From positions 62,001-126,000 of the forward strand of contig JAHLTZ010000009.1 in NCBI GenBank assembly GCA_025786725.1: a stretch of 64,000 bases of DNA. The letters are read 5' to 3'. A program made the position numbers and the translations under genes. This DNA comes from Syncephalis fuscata S228 (lineage: Eukaryota > Fungi > Zoopagomycota). The notes beneath the pieces were generated by a model. The model did not search any database. It worked only from the letters and a program-made list of their open reading frames with translations, and was not told the DNA's origin. Shown here one piece after another: positions 11,932-27,366 of the stretch; positions within the stretch are counted from its first letter, which is position 1; each line of letters opens with the position of its first letter.

Positions 11932-14900
11932 AAAAAATACAATATGAATATTAATGTGCTAATGGCTGCAGCTAAATACACTACTTTAATTTAGTCAGCT
12001 TGTTATGATAATTGCTGAATTGTACATTGTTATGTTAAACGACATAAAACAACATGAAATTAAAAAGAAAGCGCTTCATGTTAAGATCAATCATCAATAG
12101 GCCACATGTGCTATTGGAATAAAAGCGTTTTTTGTTTACTATTTTAGTCAGGATAGCTCGCTATTTGCTATAAAAAAATACACGTGAAATGTAAATCGTC
12201 AGTATCTTTATAAATATCTATCTATTATAAATTCAGGAATGACATTGCCGCATAGAAAGAATATTTTTATACTTTTTTTTACTAAAGAGTGGTTTATTTT
12301 GTTTTAAATTGGCAAATAAACTTGATAAAGGAAACTTCGATATTTATTGGTCTTGCTTTATCCTAGTTTGTATTATAACCACGATGTATATTGGCAGTGA
12401 CGAATCTGTTCAGTCTAGCAAAATATTATTTTTCTTTCATTTAAAATACTAGACATCCATTTTACAATGCAGTATCACTTTGCTACACTGTCTTTGCCTT
12501 GTTTATTATGGGCTACTGCACTGATTGCCTTGATTTTACGCTGTAGTGCAGCTCCAGACAATTCTAGACATCCATCAGCACTATCTGCTACATTTCAATA
12601 CAATGCCAACGTACCTGATGCTGATGCATCGTCGGTTCAAAATAAGCAGAGTAACGCGCATATCAATAGACGTTCTAATTATAAGCAGCCAGCGATATCA
12701 CCAGAAGGCAATATACTTTATGATATTGGAAATGGGCTTATTATGCAAAATACAAAATCAAAGATTTTTTTCGATGTCATGATGCCGCATCTGACGACTG
12801 GTGCCAATGCTATGCACGATAAGGATATAGTGGGCAAAGGTATCAATATAGGAATTATTGATAGCGGGGTTGATTATACACACCCGGCACTTGATGGCGG
12901 ATTTGGTCCAGGCTATAAAGTGCGTTATGGTTATGATTTTGTTGGTGATGCTTATGATGGAACAAACGATCTTAATCCCAGTGGAGATCCAATGGACTGT
13001 GTAGGTCATGGTACCATGGTGGCCGGCATTATCGGAACGCAAATAGGCAACTATCATGGTGTTGCGCCAGGTGCTACTCTTGGTGCTTATAAAATAAGCG
13101 GATGCAAAGGTGCTTATGCAGCTCATGCAATAGAGCCAGCACTAAAAAAAGCGAAAAAAGATGGAATGCATATTGTCAATACGTTTTTGACAGTTAATTT
13201 AAAGATCGGGGGATTGGCGCTAGCCCAAATGGTTCAAAAGTATGCCGACGACATGATTATAATTTCTAGTGTTTCTGGTGTATCTAAAGGCCAGCCAGGA
13301 ATATGGAATTCAGACGCACCTGGTATTGCTCCATCAGTAATATCTGTCGGTGCAATGGAGGCGCCTTACAAAGCTGTTTACGCATTCCGTATTTTCAATC
13401 CAAGTATAACTGCCAATATTATCCGATATGCAAATCTATGTGCAAATAAGCAGTCAATACTAGGTGAATATCCACTTTCTATCATTCCATCAGTCCCAAA
13501 CACAGACCCGTGCAAGGTACCTCAAAATGTAAACGGCAAAATGGTCTTAGTCATGTCAAATCAGTGCGATATTCAACAGCTAGCCGCAGAAGCAAAAACA
13601 CAATCTGCCGCTGGATTAATCGTTAGTAAGATAGCATCAATAGCTGAATGTTCACTACCAATCATTTTTGTGGCTACAGCATCTATTCAGTTGATATTAA
13701 GTTTATATATTCAAACCAAAGGCGTACTTTCTACTGCATTTTATATGAGAACAATAGCGGATCCAGATCCAACCCAAATGACAGGTGCCAGCTATTTGAA
13801 TTGGGGACCATCACTATTACTTGGGCTAAGCCCAGAACTACTAGCGCCCGGCTATGAAATGGCCACAACCACCAATGATAAAACTGAAAGATATAATTTA
13901 TGAAAGGGACATCGCTTGCTACACCTTATATGGCTGGCTTGGCCGCACTCTACCTTGATAACTGCTTTAGAAGCAATATTCATCCACCGAACTCCATTGA
14001 ACTTCGTTCAATTTTTCAAAATACAGCCACACCTTATATGATACCGAACAGCAAATTAGCTGGCTCAGTGGCCCATCAAGGTGCAGGTATGGCCAATATC
14101 CAGCGCGCTGTATCAAGAAAAATTAGCGCTTCACCATCTTCAATCGAACTTGGTGATAGAAAGGAGACAGGGGATGGCTCGCGCCAAAAGTCAGGAGCCA
14201 TAACAATCACGAATTTATTCACTGAAGAAAGAGAGTTTTACATTACTCATCTTCCGTCTAAATCTATGCACGGATTCAGCGTTAGAAGTGCTTTACAGGA
14301 TGTCCCAATTACTATAGACATATACGCTGGAGTTAAAATTACTCCAAACAGGATTAAAATGAAGCCAGGAAACACTGCAGTAATTAATATCGAATTTAGC
14401 ATACCAGAATCACTTGCTTATAAAGATCATTGGGTCTACTCTGGCTACATCATCACTGATACAAACCCACCAAATGGCGTTAGACCATCAGATCAGGCTA
14501 TCCATGTTCCATATCTTGGTCTAAATGGCGATATCAGCAACATTATAAACTGGCTTAGCACATAAACACACCCTTACAATAAAGCACGCAATATGCAACA
14601 TTTACAAATAATTACCACTGCAAAGCTATGGATAAAATGCTTTAAATTTATAAATTAGCTCATAATGAGTATTTAACATATTCCAAAGCATAGATATGTT
14701 TCTATACATCCCAGATATGGCATTGAAATGAAACCTCAAGTTAATCCAGCTAGCTTACAATTAAGTACTTGATATCAAATTTGAACTACATTGCAAATGA
14801 TATCCACTAGAACATTACACAAGTATTTAATAATAGATCAGCGAATAAATATTAGCTTTTAGAACATAGCAAATTTGTTCAAATAATCATGCTAAATTCT

Positions 14901-15254
14901 TTCCATTCTTTTTGCAATAAAATATGTAGTAGATGGAAAGTAGTATAGCATATTGGCAGTTAAATCATTGGCGGTCTTAGCACATCATCTAGTCACCTGA
15001 ATCGTATTACAATTAATCAAATTTGATACAACTATAATCATGCTATCTAATTTAACAATAATACAAGTGTCATTTATATTAATATAAAAGGATTCATTAG
15101 CCATTTGGCGTGATTTGTAATTAAAATGACTATTTTTAATAACACTCAATCTATTGAACATGATGATAGATGATGAATGACATCAATTATTAGATACTTT
15201 ATCATTGTAGATTCATTATCCAATATACATGTATCCTTTATCTTACACGTCATT
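11932..15254 (+). repeat. Segmental duplication copy 1 (~3.3 kb), direct repeat of 55726-59040
   Basis: Near-identical promoter, CDS and 3' flank on visual alignment. Confidence 0.95.
12467..14565 (+). CDS. Secreted subtilisin S8 protease (PA-like insert, Fn3-like C-terminus), copy 1
   Basis: Signal peptide and triad motifs IIDSG, GHGTMVAG, GTSLATP. The frameshift at ~13896 (TATAATTTATG) is intact in copy 2 (TATAAGTTTATG). Confidence 0.9.
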
Positions 15255-15760
15255 CTATTATATACGCATATTGATATATATCATTTTGTATCTGTATACT
15301 TTACCACACTTTATTCTACTCATTGCGTTATACATGCTATAACTTCAAAATTGCTATTCATGCACTATCCATTATATATATATTCTATTATGTGTCATTT
15401 AATTTATTAATTTGTAACGCTTTACTAATGTTTCCGCTATTGTACATTAATTTAACAATATATGTACAATCTATGGTTAATTTAAGTGGTTACAAGTTCA
15501 TTTTATACTTTACATTAATGATATTGGCATTATTATAACTTTCTAGTACAAGTATATTAGAATTTAGCAATGACTAAAGAAAATATTATTTATATAGCTA
15601 AACCTTAATGACTAACATTTAATTATTAAATATTTAAAATTTACTATGTATTGTAATTCGAATTCATGCTTATTATTGGTGTTAATAATGATATATAGTT
15701 AAAAATAAACAAGAGAAAATGTAGACATTAAACTACACGGTCCAATAAAAGCCACACTGC

Positions 15761-18499
15761 TTATCTTGGATCAAATGTAAGATGTAGCGTAACACTCCCT
15801 GTTCGTCTGGCGTTGGATAAACGGAATGTATTTTTAGCCGACTTGCCACCATATTGATCCAATGTAGAAAGATCAATTTCTGCGCTGCCCAGAAATTCTA
15901 ACAACATATTATTATTAACCTTGTATTTTCATTACTTTACAAACAACCGTTCCACTTACCAGGCTGGCTATACTTTGAAATTCGATGGTAGACATCCACT
16001 CGAACTGTTTCACGCATATCATCCACGGGAAATACAAACGACTAAAAATTTCGTTAATTTTCAAAACTATAAACTTTTCAATCTTTAAGTAAGCTTGCCT
16101 CTTGCCAGCGTGGATTATTACTATTCTCAATGGTGACCGTTCTCTTTTGTTGCCCACATACTGTCACTACGCAATAAGCATCGACTGTGGTACGAAATGC
16201 TAGTTCATATTTTAGTATTCATCGACTATATTTACAAGTGTATTTACCATATTGATCCGGATTAACTAAGGCACCTGCTTCACATACTAGAACACGCAGC
16301 ATGCCTAATACCGAGCTTATAGGAGGTGGCGCACCTACATCAATTAAAGTATTATTATATAAACATTACAATTGGCGTACTTTCTCTTACCATCTAATCG
16401 TTCTTTGGCCAATTCAAACTCTTCTTTGGCTTTAGTGATTTCTTTGATCCATTTATTCTTGCTTCCAATATTTGCTGTTTTCAGTGTAATAGTGTTGTTA
16501 TCGTGTACAATTTGAAAGCAACATTCGGCTGTTTTAATCGTCAATATCGCCACCTATTAAATCCATTTGCAATGGCAACTAACCTGATGCTTTTCGCGAT
16601 GTAGGTTCGCCACGTACTTGAATTTCATTCAGTAACAATGGCTAAATTCGTTGATTAGCACACCTATATAACTAGAGATATATGTTGTATGTATAGCTTA
16701 CTTCGCGATAAACCGCATTTTTATAACCACTAGTCGATCGATGTTTGGGTGGTTGTGTCAACAAAAGCATGTCTGTAAATAAATAGGCGTGCAATTTTCG
16801 TCCACTGTTTGCTTTTACAATTGCGCTATCCATAATAATATATCGTTGTTCAAAATAAATAGTCTGACCTGTCAAATCAAAGTGCTATAATTTACATTAA
16901 TTAATTAATCAGTTTATATATTATTCCATGTTTTAAAATTACCTTGCCCAGATCCGAAAGATCCACCCATGAGTTAATTTCACGTAAACGAGCAATATTC
17001 TCTAGTACACGTGTAGATTCATTTGTTTCCTCTAGTAACGTTTCTAGCCCATCAATCACACCAGAGAGTTGTATACTATCCGCATTGTCTTTCGGTGTCA
17101 ATTTATGGATCTAATTATTATAAACAAGCTATTATTTAGCAAAAAGCGCATTCCAATAATTAAAAGTCCATTATCTACCTGATTCAATAAAAGTTTATAG
17201 CGAGTAATACGTTGCATAGGTTCAATAAGTAGCGTGCTTAAATCTAACTTATGTGATCGAGAATTTTGACGTGCTTCTTGTAAAATAGCCACAATACGTG
17301 GATCTTGCTACGATGATGCTGTAAACATCGGGCTGCCGTGGATGCTCGCGAGCAATACGAACGGAAACATTGCATGGCCGATAGCTAAAACCGTAGAAAT
17401 AAATATAATATGCTCGAACCATTTGATAAATCCAAAAATATCACTAATACCTACATGTAATCCAAATATGTCACCAATAGACCGTAGAATACGTTTATCC
17501 GACTCTTGTCGCTCCAACAAATCGTTCAGCAATTGAGCACTGTACATAATAATTTCATCTAAATTTAAAAATACATTTTTGATATCCTTTGATGGAAGTA
17601 CACTTTGCAATGGCTGTCTAAATACCTAATTATCGTATTATATGTAAATATTGGTATGGTAATTGCTAATACAACTTACTTCAATGACTGTTACCATATT
17701 ACGTAGAAATACGTGTTCGGTAATAATCAATTCAAAAATTGATTCTTGGCGTTTTCGCTCCTTTTCACTCATTGTGGCCAATGTGTGAGCGGATACTGTA
17801 CCCGACCATGTCTATTTATGGGTGTGCCATACAATCCATTAGAATAGTAATTACCTGTGTTATCCAATGCCACCATTCTTACCTGGGCCCGATCCACTGA
17901 GTTCTGCTTATTGGCATGCGATAACACGGCCACTATAAACTGATCTGTAGTTGATGCGTCCATACTGGCTCGTCGCTGTTCTATTCGGGGATGAGGCGGT
18001 GCCAAACCACCATTCGTGGTATGCGATCTACCATTCATAGTATAGTAGCCGCTATCATTGTCATGGTTCATCTGGTGCAGATTAATATGCGACCGAGATC
18101 GTGGACGTAAACCCAACCCATGTACAGTATGGCTAAGGTTAGACATTGGCCTAGACGCTAGATGAATTGCTGCCATGGCCGATAATGGCCTATTATCTTC
18201 TGCATCGCTGTCATCCTCCGAGTATTCGAGCTCAGAGCATTCGAACGGATTCTCCAATGGCTCGTCCGTCGACCCGTAGATACCATCATCTTCGATAATC
18301 TCTGCCGTTTCAAATGGGTTCTCTATACACGTGTTGACGTTGGTATATGCTTTCTTTATCTGTCTATGGTGTATACGAATACTATTGGCCATATCGACCA
18401 CCTACCTGGCTCAGTGTCCTCAGGACTGCTCGCGTACTGCTTGTTAGCAAAGATAGCTGCCTGACTCCGATAAGGAGATATATGACCTGCACGCATCAT
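15761..18499 (-). CDS. RhoGEF DH-PH-C2 protein (intersectin C-terminus-like), multi-exon
   Basis: ERKRQESIFELIITEHVFLRN, LSTLLIEPMQRITRYKLLL (DH), KANSGRKLHAYLFTDMLLL (PH), and a C2 domain ending GSVTLHLTFDPR*. The start codon is inferred. Confidence 0.85.
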
Positions 18500-19111
18500 A
18501 GCATACAATTGAAGGAATCCAGTCCTGTGCTGTCTACAAGTCTACCAGCTTACTACTTCTTTTACCTGTAGTCAGCCTATCTTTTAGTCTTTGGCAATGC
18601 GGTTATTGATACTGTAGTTTTTGTAAAAATACAATCAACGATGAATAGCTCATTTAGCCAATGAACTACGATTGAAGAAGGCGCAACAAGTACTTGGTTT
18701 GTAAGAATGTGTTTTGAAAGAAAAGGCAAGTGTGAACAAGTGAATTAATCCACTATCGGTCTAATCACTCAATGCAACAATGACCGCGTATCAAATGACT
18801 GAGTGTATTTACACGTGAGGCTCGGGAATTCAGTAAAGCCTGGCCCGTCACTTTTTTTTAATTAGAGATAATAATAAAACTGCTTTAAATAGTAAGTAAT
18901 TTATAATTATCTAGACACTGAAATAAGTAACCATTGTATTGTATTGTATTGTGTGTGTGTGTGTATATGTATAATAGATTATTTTAACTAATTTTGTTAT
19001 TATTATTAATAAAAACACAAGTTATTGTTATTGTATTTATTGATATCAACCATTTTAAAAGTGCTAAGTGTTGTCAATATACTTTTTTAATTTTGATATT
19101 TCGCTATTAAC

Positions 19112-22100
19112 ATGAATAATACTTACTACCACAAACAAAAAGATAGGACAATGAATCGCGATGACGACAACGATAGTAGTAGCAGTAGCAACAGTGGCCA
19201 CGACAAGAATGGCGTTATCGATAGTATACCCACAATGTCCAATGAGCCTTGTCCACGGTGCGCAGGAAGAGACGCGTCCATCTGGACCGGCAGTATGCTA
19301 GAAACTTGGCTGGCCTGTGATGTATGCGATACGTGGTTTCATGCCGCTTGTGTAGGCCTTCGTGCTCAGGAATGCGATCAGATTGAACAGTTTCACTGTC
19401 CAAACTGTACTGTCCAGCATGGACCTAGCATCTGTAAGTAGACGCGATAATGGTGATGGCATATTATGGCTATAGCGATGACAAGGCTCATTAAGCTTAG
19501 TCGAGGCACGATTGTGGCCTAAGGCGTATAAAGATCTTTTAGCATTTGCACTTATATACTGCTATATTACTAGATAAAAAAGAGATTCGAAAATCGCAAC
19601 GAGAACACACGCGTATTGATTATCGCGACCTGGTCAATGCCGATGTCATGTTACCGCGCGACCGTCTAGCTACACTAGCCAATTTTCCCTTTGTTGCCGA
19701 TAGATTTCCTCGGGTGCCGGGTGAGCAAGCGACCCTTGAATGGGCACAGGATAACGGTTTAGAAACACCGGTGATATTTACAGGCCATACCGTAAAAGGT
19801 ATGCGTATGCCACCATCAACACTTACAGTCAAGGATATTGCACGGCTTGTTGGTAAGTAACAATCTAACCATCGCCATTTGTGATGTCATTAGTCCACTA
19901 TCAGCAGTGTATGCACTATCCATCAATGGATACTAATGATATGCTTGTTATAGGACATGATACACCGGTCAATGTGATGGGTAGGCGATACCATCGGTAG
20001 GAAGGTGGCAATCGATGCTAAACCATCCATCGACATGTCTACTAGATGTTACAAGTCAATCGGATGTTACAGGATGGACCCTTGCCAATTGGGAGGCCTA
20101 TTTCTCGGCCAGTGGAACACGAACACGTACGCTTAATGTTATTAGTCTTGAAGTGTCACAGAGCCAATTAGCGGAACAGATTGAAAGACCACAGCTTGTA
20201 CGGTAAGTCACTGGTATATACTATAAGTAGTACATGCTTATATATATATATATATATAATCATTAGTGACTTGGACTGGGTATCGCAGGCCTGGCCTAAA
20301 GAGCGACGTAGATCCAATGATTATCCACAAGTACAGCTTTACTGTTTAATGAGCGTAAAAGATTGCTATACTGATTTGTAAGTTTAAAGGTAATATTATC
20401 CAATACACTTTACTTACTACTACTACTACTACTACCAATCAATAATAGCCATATAGATTTTGGAGGTTCTTCTGTAGGTTAATAATTAGAACTAATGGAC
20501 AGTATATGCAGCATTAATAAGCATATATAGGTATTTTATCATATATTATCAGGAAATAAGACATTTTACTTTATTCCACCAACATCAACAAATTTAAAAA
20601 AGTACGAGAAATGGTGTAAATCCCCCGAACAAGCCTCGACCTTTTTGGCCGAAGAAGCGCGTCCTTGTTATCGTGTCAATTTAGAAGCAGGTGACACAAT
20701 GTAAGTGTTAATGAAAGAGGGAGGCCAATACTCTTCATAAATAGTTACTATAATATGTCAATTATAGGATTATTCCTACTGGATGGATCCATGCCGTATA
20801 TACACCTAGTGATGCCATTGTAATAGGTGGCAATTTCTACATGGATTACATATGGGACGCCAATTGGATATTTATGCGTTAGAAAAGCGTACATCAGTGC
20901 CCCAAGCATTCCGATTTCCCTATTTTGAACAATTATGCTGGTACGCAGCCATGCAATATCAAAACTTATTACACGGTATAGTAGTAATATCAATTATATA
21001 CTATATAACCATCTAATATAAATCCAATAATAATTAAACTAAAATAGAACAAAAAAAGTTAAGCGATCAAGAAATGAATGGCTTAAATCGTTTAATTGAA
21101 TTTCTACGCGAGACAAGAACAAATTATCAAAAAGATTTAATACCACCAGAAATGAAACACCAGATGCTTTTATTAATCAATTAGAAGAACAAGTAGATAA
21201 AATACACTTAATTAAAGAACAAACATCAGATGATACAAAACAACGATTAAAAGTTAAATTGAAATTAGCATCTAGTCATTCTAATGATAAAGACACTACA
21301 ATACCACCACCATTAACAACAGCAACAACAACAACATATCAAGAAGTAAAAGAACCATTAACAAATGTAAATACAACCACACCGATCATCAATGAATCAG
21401 GTGTAGCAATGTCAAAGAGTAATAGTGAAAATAATGGTAAATTACGTATTCGTATATTACCTCAACAATTACGCACTGTTACTTCTACTCATCCATCAAG
21501 TGAAGAACAAGAAGAACAAGAAGAAGTGATGATGAGGATGAGGAGAACAGTATAAGTGAATCAGATGATGATCATGAACATCAATCCATTCATCATGACA
21601 ATAACAAAACATTAACCCTATCTAATCATAATGTAATAACTAATTATGATGATAGTTCATTACATTCTATTTATAATCATCAACAAGAACATCATCAAAA
21701 ACAGACATCTACATTAATGCCTATTGTTATGGATGATCCTAAAGATGAAGACTTTGAATTGATAGATCAAGAAGAAGAAGAGGAAGATGAATATGATACT
21801 ACCTATACACCTTCTTTCAATGAACCTACACGTAAACGGCCCCGTCGTTTACCGACTAGTAAAACATCTACTATAGGGCGTCACTCTACTACTAATCTAT
21901 CAACATCAGGACAGAGTGCCGTATTTGATCCACTTGATGTACTAGGACTGATGAATGATAATGATACATCCACTAGAAGTAGTCATGGTCGCAGTAAAGA
22001 TAGTAACTCAAGTACCAGTAACAAGACATCACTTAGTCGTAGTAGATCGCAAGGTGGTGTAGGCAGTAATGGTAGTGGTGGTGTTGTATCAAAGATTTTA

Positions 22101-22124
22101 CGTGATATGAAACGACGTCGTTAA
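19112..22124 (+). CDS. JHD1: PHD finger-JmjC histone demethylase (Jhd1/KDM2-7 type), multi-exon
   Basis: [19 protein letters not shown]...FHCPNC. JmjC motifs [50 protein letters not shown] and GGNFLH. The low-complexity C-terminus has apparent indels. Confidence 0.9.
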
Positions 22125-22349
22125 ATGATTTAATGTAATTACAATTCAATTGAATTTCAATAATTATAATAAATACTTTTTAATTACCAAACACTATTTT
22201 ATGGTTATTAAATGATACGACGTCATCCATTGATACTTTCTTTTGTTCATCTATTTCTTGTCATTGACTAAATAGCTACCTATTATTGTTTATTACTGAG
22301 TCAGTAGTACTATTTACTATTTGTACTGTTCTAGTAAACAGTTAAAGCA

Positions 22350-25300
22350 ATGGAGTTTAACAATTTGCTTAATACTGAACATGCTACTGTGGACAATGAT
22401 TTGGCTGAGTCTGCTGCCTTGATGGAAGAAGTGGTGCATTTCCGAGAGAAGACTGAAGTATATCAATTGATAGACCAGTTAGTAGCGCCTAATGTTACTA
22501 AAGACCGTTTAAAGGATATCCAATACCAGCTTGATACGAAGGTATTCAATAACAATAACAACATATATATTCGTGTATATAGTATACTAACATTGAACGA
22601 TGATAGATACATCCTTATTTGGAGCAGCCTCATTTACTGGATCCATATCTTGATTATTTGGTACAGCCAGCAATGGAACGTCTAGGTGTATTGGTGCGCC
22701 AATTCGATGATCATGCACAACAACAACGAGAGAAGATAGCTGAATGTAGTGTATTACCACTAGCTGAAGTAGAAATGCTTCAATTAGAGACAATTTGTGC
22801 CTATTTATATACTGTCACGAAAATACGCGGTTATAAAACCATTGGTAAATTGTTTTGTTTAATTGTTTGTTAATAGTGTGTACTTATCTAGAATGTAATC
22901 ATTAGTGCGGTTTATGACCCATCAAGTAGAGGATTTAGAGCCGGTATTTCAATTTTTATATGCACAGAAACGTAAAAGTGGTAATCCATGGAAGGTCTAT
23001 TATATTATGCTTTTATGGTTATCTCTACTATGTACAGTGCCATTTGATCTTAAAATTGTTGATAGTCAAATGGGTGACAATAATAAGGTAAATAGATGGT
23101 TGATTGAATAGTTGAGTATTATTAATGAGTAATTATCATGGTTAGAGTGTGCTTGTGGATCGATATATTGAAGAGTTTGAGACTTATTTAGACTCATCGG
23201 GTAAAGTATTGGATGCAGCTGCCTATTTAATTGCCAAATTAGTGACCCGGTAGGATTATAGGATAGATTAATATATATATATATATATGTAGATATGTAT
23301 ATTAATGTAGATATATGTTATGTTATATTATATTATATAGACAAGATACGGCAAAGACTCATTTATTGAAATATATAGATCATTGTTTAGATCGATTAAA
23401 GCCAAATGAGAGTGCATTTATGGTAAGTTATTTATTTATATTTATATTTATATTTATATTTATATTTATATTTTATATTTTATTAGAATGCTGGTGCTTA
23501 TATACATTATGTTTTATTTATAAAATGGGTTCAAGAAGTGATCTTGTTCATACAGTACCTCGAGTTCTATCGAGTCTAAATCGATTAAATGAACAGCCGC
23601 GAATAACTAGTAATCAATTAATTAGAACATTAAGAATGAAACTGATTGCTAGATTGGGAACTTGTGTTTTACCTAATCGTATGGCTGTATGGAGATATAC
23701 TATGGGTAAGAGGCATAGGCTCTATTAGTACGTAATAGTTAACTATATTATATTATATTATATTATATTATATATAGGCAAACGTCGACTTACTGACCAT
23801 TTAAATGCTACAACTGAAACAAAGAATGAAGAGTCTAGTACAGCACCCACTATTGCTGATGATGAAGATTATGCAGAATCTATTGAAGAGATTATTGAAC
23901 ATTTGGTACAAGGATTGAAAGTAAAGGTGCGTTTGTATTTATATTGTATAGAGTAAATAAGTATTTATACCATCTAATAATCAGGATACTGGTGTACGTT
24001 GGCTTGCCGCTAAAGGTATTGGACGAGTAACACTACGTCTACCATTGGAGATGGCCGATGATGTTATTAGTTATGTACTGTCACTTTTCTTGGAGGATAC
24101 TTATGAAGAAAAAGACAAATACAACTTAATTTGACTGCAGCCTCTGATAATACATGGCATGGTGCAACACTGGCCATTGCCGAACTGACCCGTCGTGGTC
24201 TATTATTGCCAGAACGATTACCAGAAGCAATGCCGTGGATTGAGCAGGTAAAATAGCATCATTATAGTTACATTATAATTACTAAAGATAGATACTATAT
24301 ACTATATACTATATACTTATAGGCATTGTTATTTGATATTAAACGTGGTTCGCACTCTATTGGGTCGAATGTACGTGATAGTGCTGTTATGTTTGTTGGT
24401 CATTTGCCCGATCCTATGCACCTAATGTTATGGCACCGTATATGCCTCGTTTGGCCAAACATCTAGTAACTGTAACGTTATTTGATCGAGAAGTACATGT
24501 TAGACGGGCAGCCAGTGCAGCAATGCAAGAGAATGTTGGTCGACAGGTAAGTATGGTTATTAGTAATGTTAATAGTCATAGTAATCGTGTATTTAATAGG
24601 GCAATTTCCCTCGTGGTATAGAGCTAATTACTATGGCCGATTATTTTGCTGTGGGTGTACGCTCCAATGCTTACTGTTCGGTAGCACCAGAAATTGCCAA
24701 GTAATATAGATGGTATAGCTATAGTTCATTCTATTATTATATATTGTATAAATTAGATTTGAAGAATATCGGCCGGCTTTAATTGATCATTTATTAAAGT
24801 ATAAGGTGACGCATTGGGATCAAGCTATTAGAACGATTACCGCTCAGGCTATTGGTAAAATGACTCTACTGGATCCAACGTATTTACAAGAACATGCACT
24901 CGATGAATTGGTAGGATATAATACGGCTGAATAGTTAGTAAATAGCATCTAATACGCTCTATAATGTATACTAGGTCAAATTAGCACTATCTCGTGACTT
25001 GGATGCTCGTCATGGTGCCATTATGACTATGAGTGAAATATGCACTACTTTGTCACAACTACCAAATATTGATGGTAATTCTGAAAGTATACAGGTAATG
25101 TTAATAGTATAATGTATATGTATATTGTATGTTGTAATTAATACAATAGTCTGTATTACTTTATTAATTATTATAGCGCGTTATAAAGATGGTTGATATG
25201 CTTGATCCAGCGTATTTAACCAGTTTTGGTTCAGATATTGTCTCTTATGCCATGACTCAATTGGCCATTGCTTTAAGCCATGGTGCTTGGCCTATGACCG

Positions 25301-27366
25301 ATGAATTACAACAACATTGGAAACAGTTAATTATGGATACGCTTTTTCGTATAGAGGAATGGGTACGTCAAAGTGCCAGTAAAGCATTGGCGGCATTTGA
25401 TTCTGGTTATGGATTATCATTACAAGAAATGAAGAAATATCCTTTATATTTAATAGACGATTATATGGTTATAGTACTTAATTCATCGTATTACGCTATT
25501 TTCAGATGCTGTTTCCAACCATAATCTAATGATTAGAAGTAGTCTTGTTGATGCTATTGGATGGCTAAAGCCAAAGACACTGCAACAATACCAAACACAG
25601 ATTCTTCAAGTGCTATATAGCACAGCCATGGCTCAGGTAATTTTATTTAAATACTAAATAATAGTAATAAGAGTATATGGTAACCCGCTATTGATTGGTA
25701 GAATAATCCACTTGATGTAGAGACACGTCGAAATGGCATGAAGACTTATGCCAAGTGTTTGAAACCTACAGTGAAGGTAATACTTGCTAGCAATATACGA
25801 TATTATTTACCGACACAAACTAGATATGAGTCCTGAAGATTTTGATAGCATGTTGGATGGAATGCTATCTGGTCTTAAAGATTACACGACCAATTCACAT
25901 GGTGATGTTGGTTCATGGGTTCGAGAAGCGAGTATGTCTTCGTTGGAACATGTTGTATTATGGCTTAAGCAGCATGCATCGTCATCACCATTAAGTGCAC
26001 GTCTCCGATCCGATACGGCCCGAATTGAGCAAATGATATCCGGTGTATTACGTCAAGCAGTTGAGCGCATTGATCGTATACGTCTAGTAGCCGGCCAGAC
26101 AATATTTAGTCTATTGTATAAATCGGATTTAGAGATACCCGGTCGGTCAAAGCTAACCGAGGCTATTCCAGAGTAGGTTAAACAAATAGTTTTATGAACA
26201 CTGATTTAGATAGGGTGATCATTATAGAGAAGATGTTATTGAGTGGATATTAGCAGAGACGATCTTTTCACGCATAACACCGCTGCTAAGTCTTGCCGTC
26301 TATCGGAAGGAGCTATTTGTCGGTCTTATTACGAGTGCTGGTGGCATGACCGGATCAGTGGTAATGTGAAGTAGCAGTAATGCCTAGTATGATTCTATTA
26401 GCTAATAGGACGATGATAGACTGAAGTGGCTATTAAAGAAATGGTTGAGTATTTACGCTCATTGCCAAAAGCCGACAAAGATACGACACTGCCCACTGAA
26501 TGGACAATTGATCAATTTGTTGAATTGGCCGAAACAGTAGTTGTCGAAAATAATGCCAATGAACGAACACTTTTACCATTATACGAGGTATTAGCCGCCA
26601 TACTAGATACTGGCCTGGGACAGGAATTGAATGAATCAACCCGACGGTCAGTACACGTGTATTTGTAAATAGGTTTACTTTAACTAATAGATGGTATTTA
26701 GACTACTATTACGTCTGACAAATCAACGGCCATGTCATGCCGCAGTATACAAAAAATGAAGCCATGTATTCAAATGTAAGTCCGCACTTAGCCTTTAAGT
26801 AGTAAAATGACTAATGAATGAGGCACTATTGCCATCGATAGTTATTGCGGTCTATTGTCTAACCATGCTGACGATCCAATCCGGACACTTGTATGGCGTC
26901 GTTTACTAGACTGTCTATTCCATACGGTATCCCATGTAAGTTTGCGCAATTGTTTTACTGGCTACTTGCTTATTGGCAGCATAAAATTACTAATACCATT
27001 TGGATCAATAGATCCGACGTGATACCGCGGAACAATTGTATCTTTGTTTATCGGGACTTGACACCGATAGGGTAGAGGAGAGTGTCGATAACGATGACGA
27101 CAACTTGCAAGCCACCGATGCCAATACTACACTTGAAGACTATCTACTCATGACTGAATGGTATTATCCGCCTTAATAGACTTATTCTTGGCTGCCAGTA
27201 CTAATGCATTGCCTTTTTTTATTATCAATTTAGGGATTTACCCTTAGCGGAGTTACGCCCTCTTTGTCTACAATTGCATGATAGGTTGAAAATTGAACTT
27301 ACCGACCGATTAAAGAAACGGATGAAGTTTGACAATGTTCCGGCTAAAGAAACGGATGAGATTTAA
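22350..27366 (+). CDS. TBCD: Tubulin-specific chaperone D (HEAT repeats), many exons
   Basis: [87 protein letters not shown] and [10 protein letters not shown]. Confidence 0.93.

Noticed and set aside
23430-23776. (ATATTT)n and (TATAT)n tracts giving FIFIFIF 'TM segments' in ORF 23315-23728
   Set aside because: Intronic microsatellites within TBCD.
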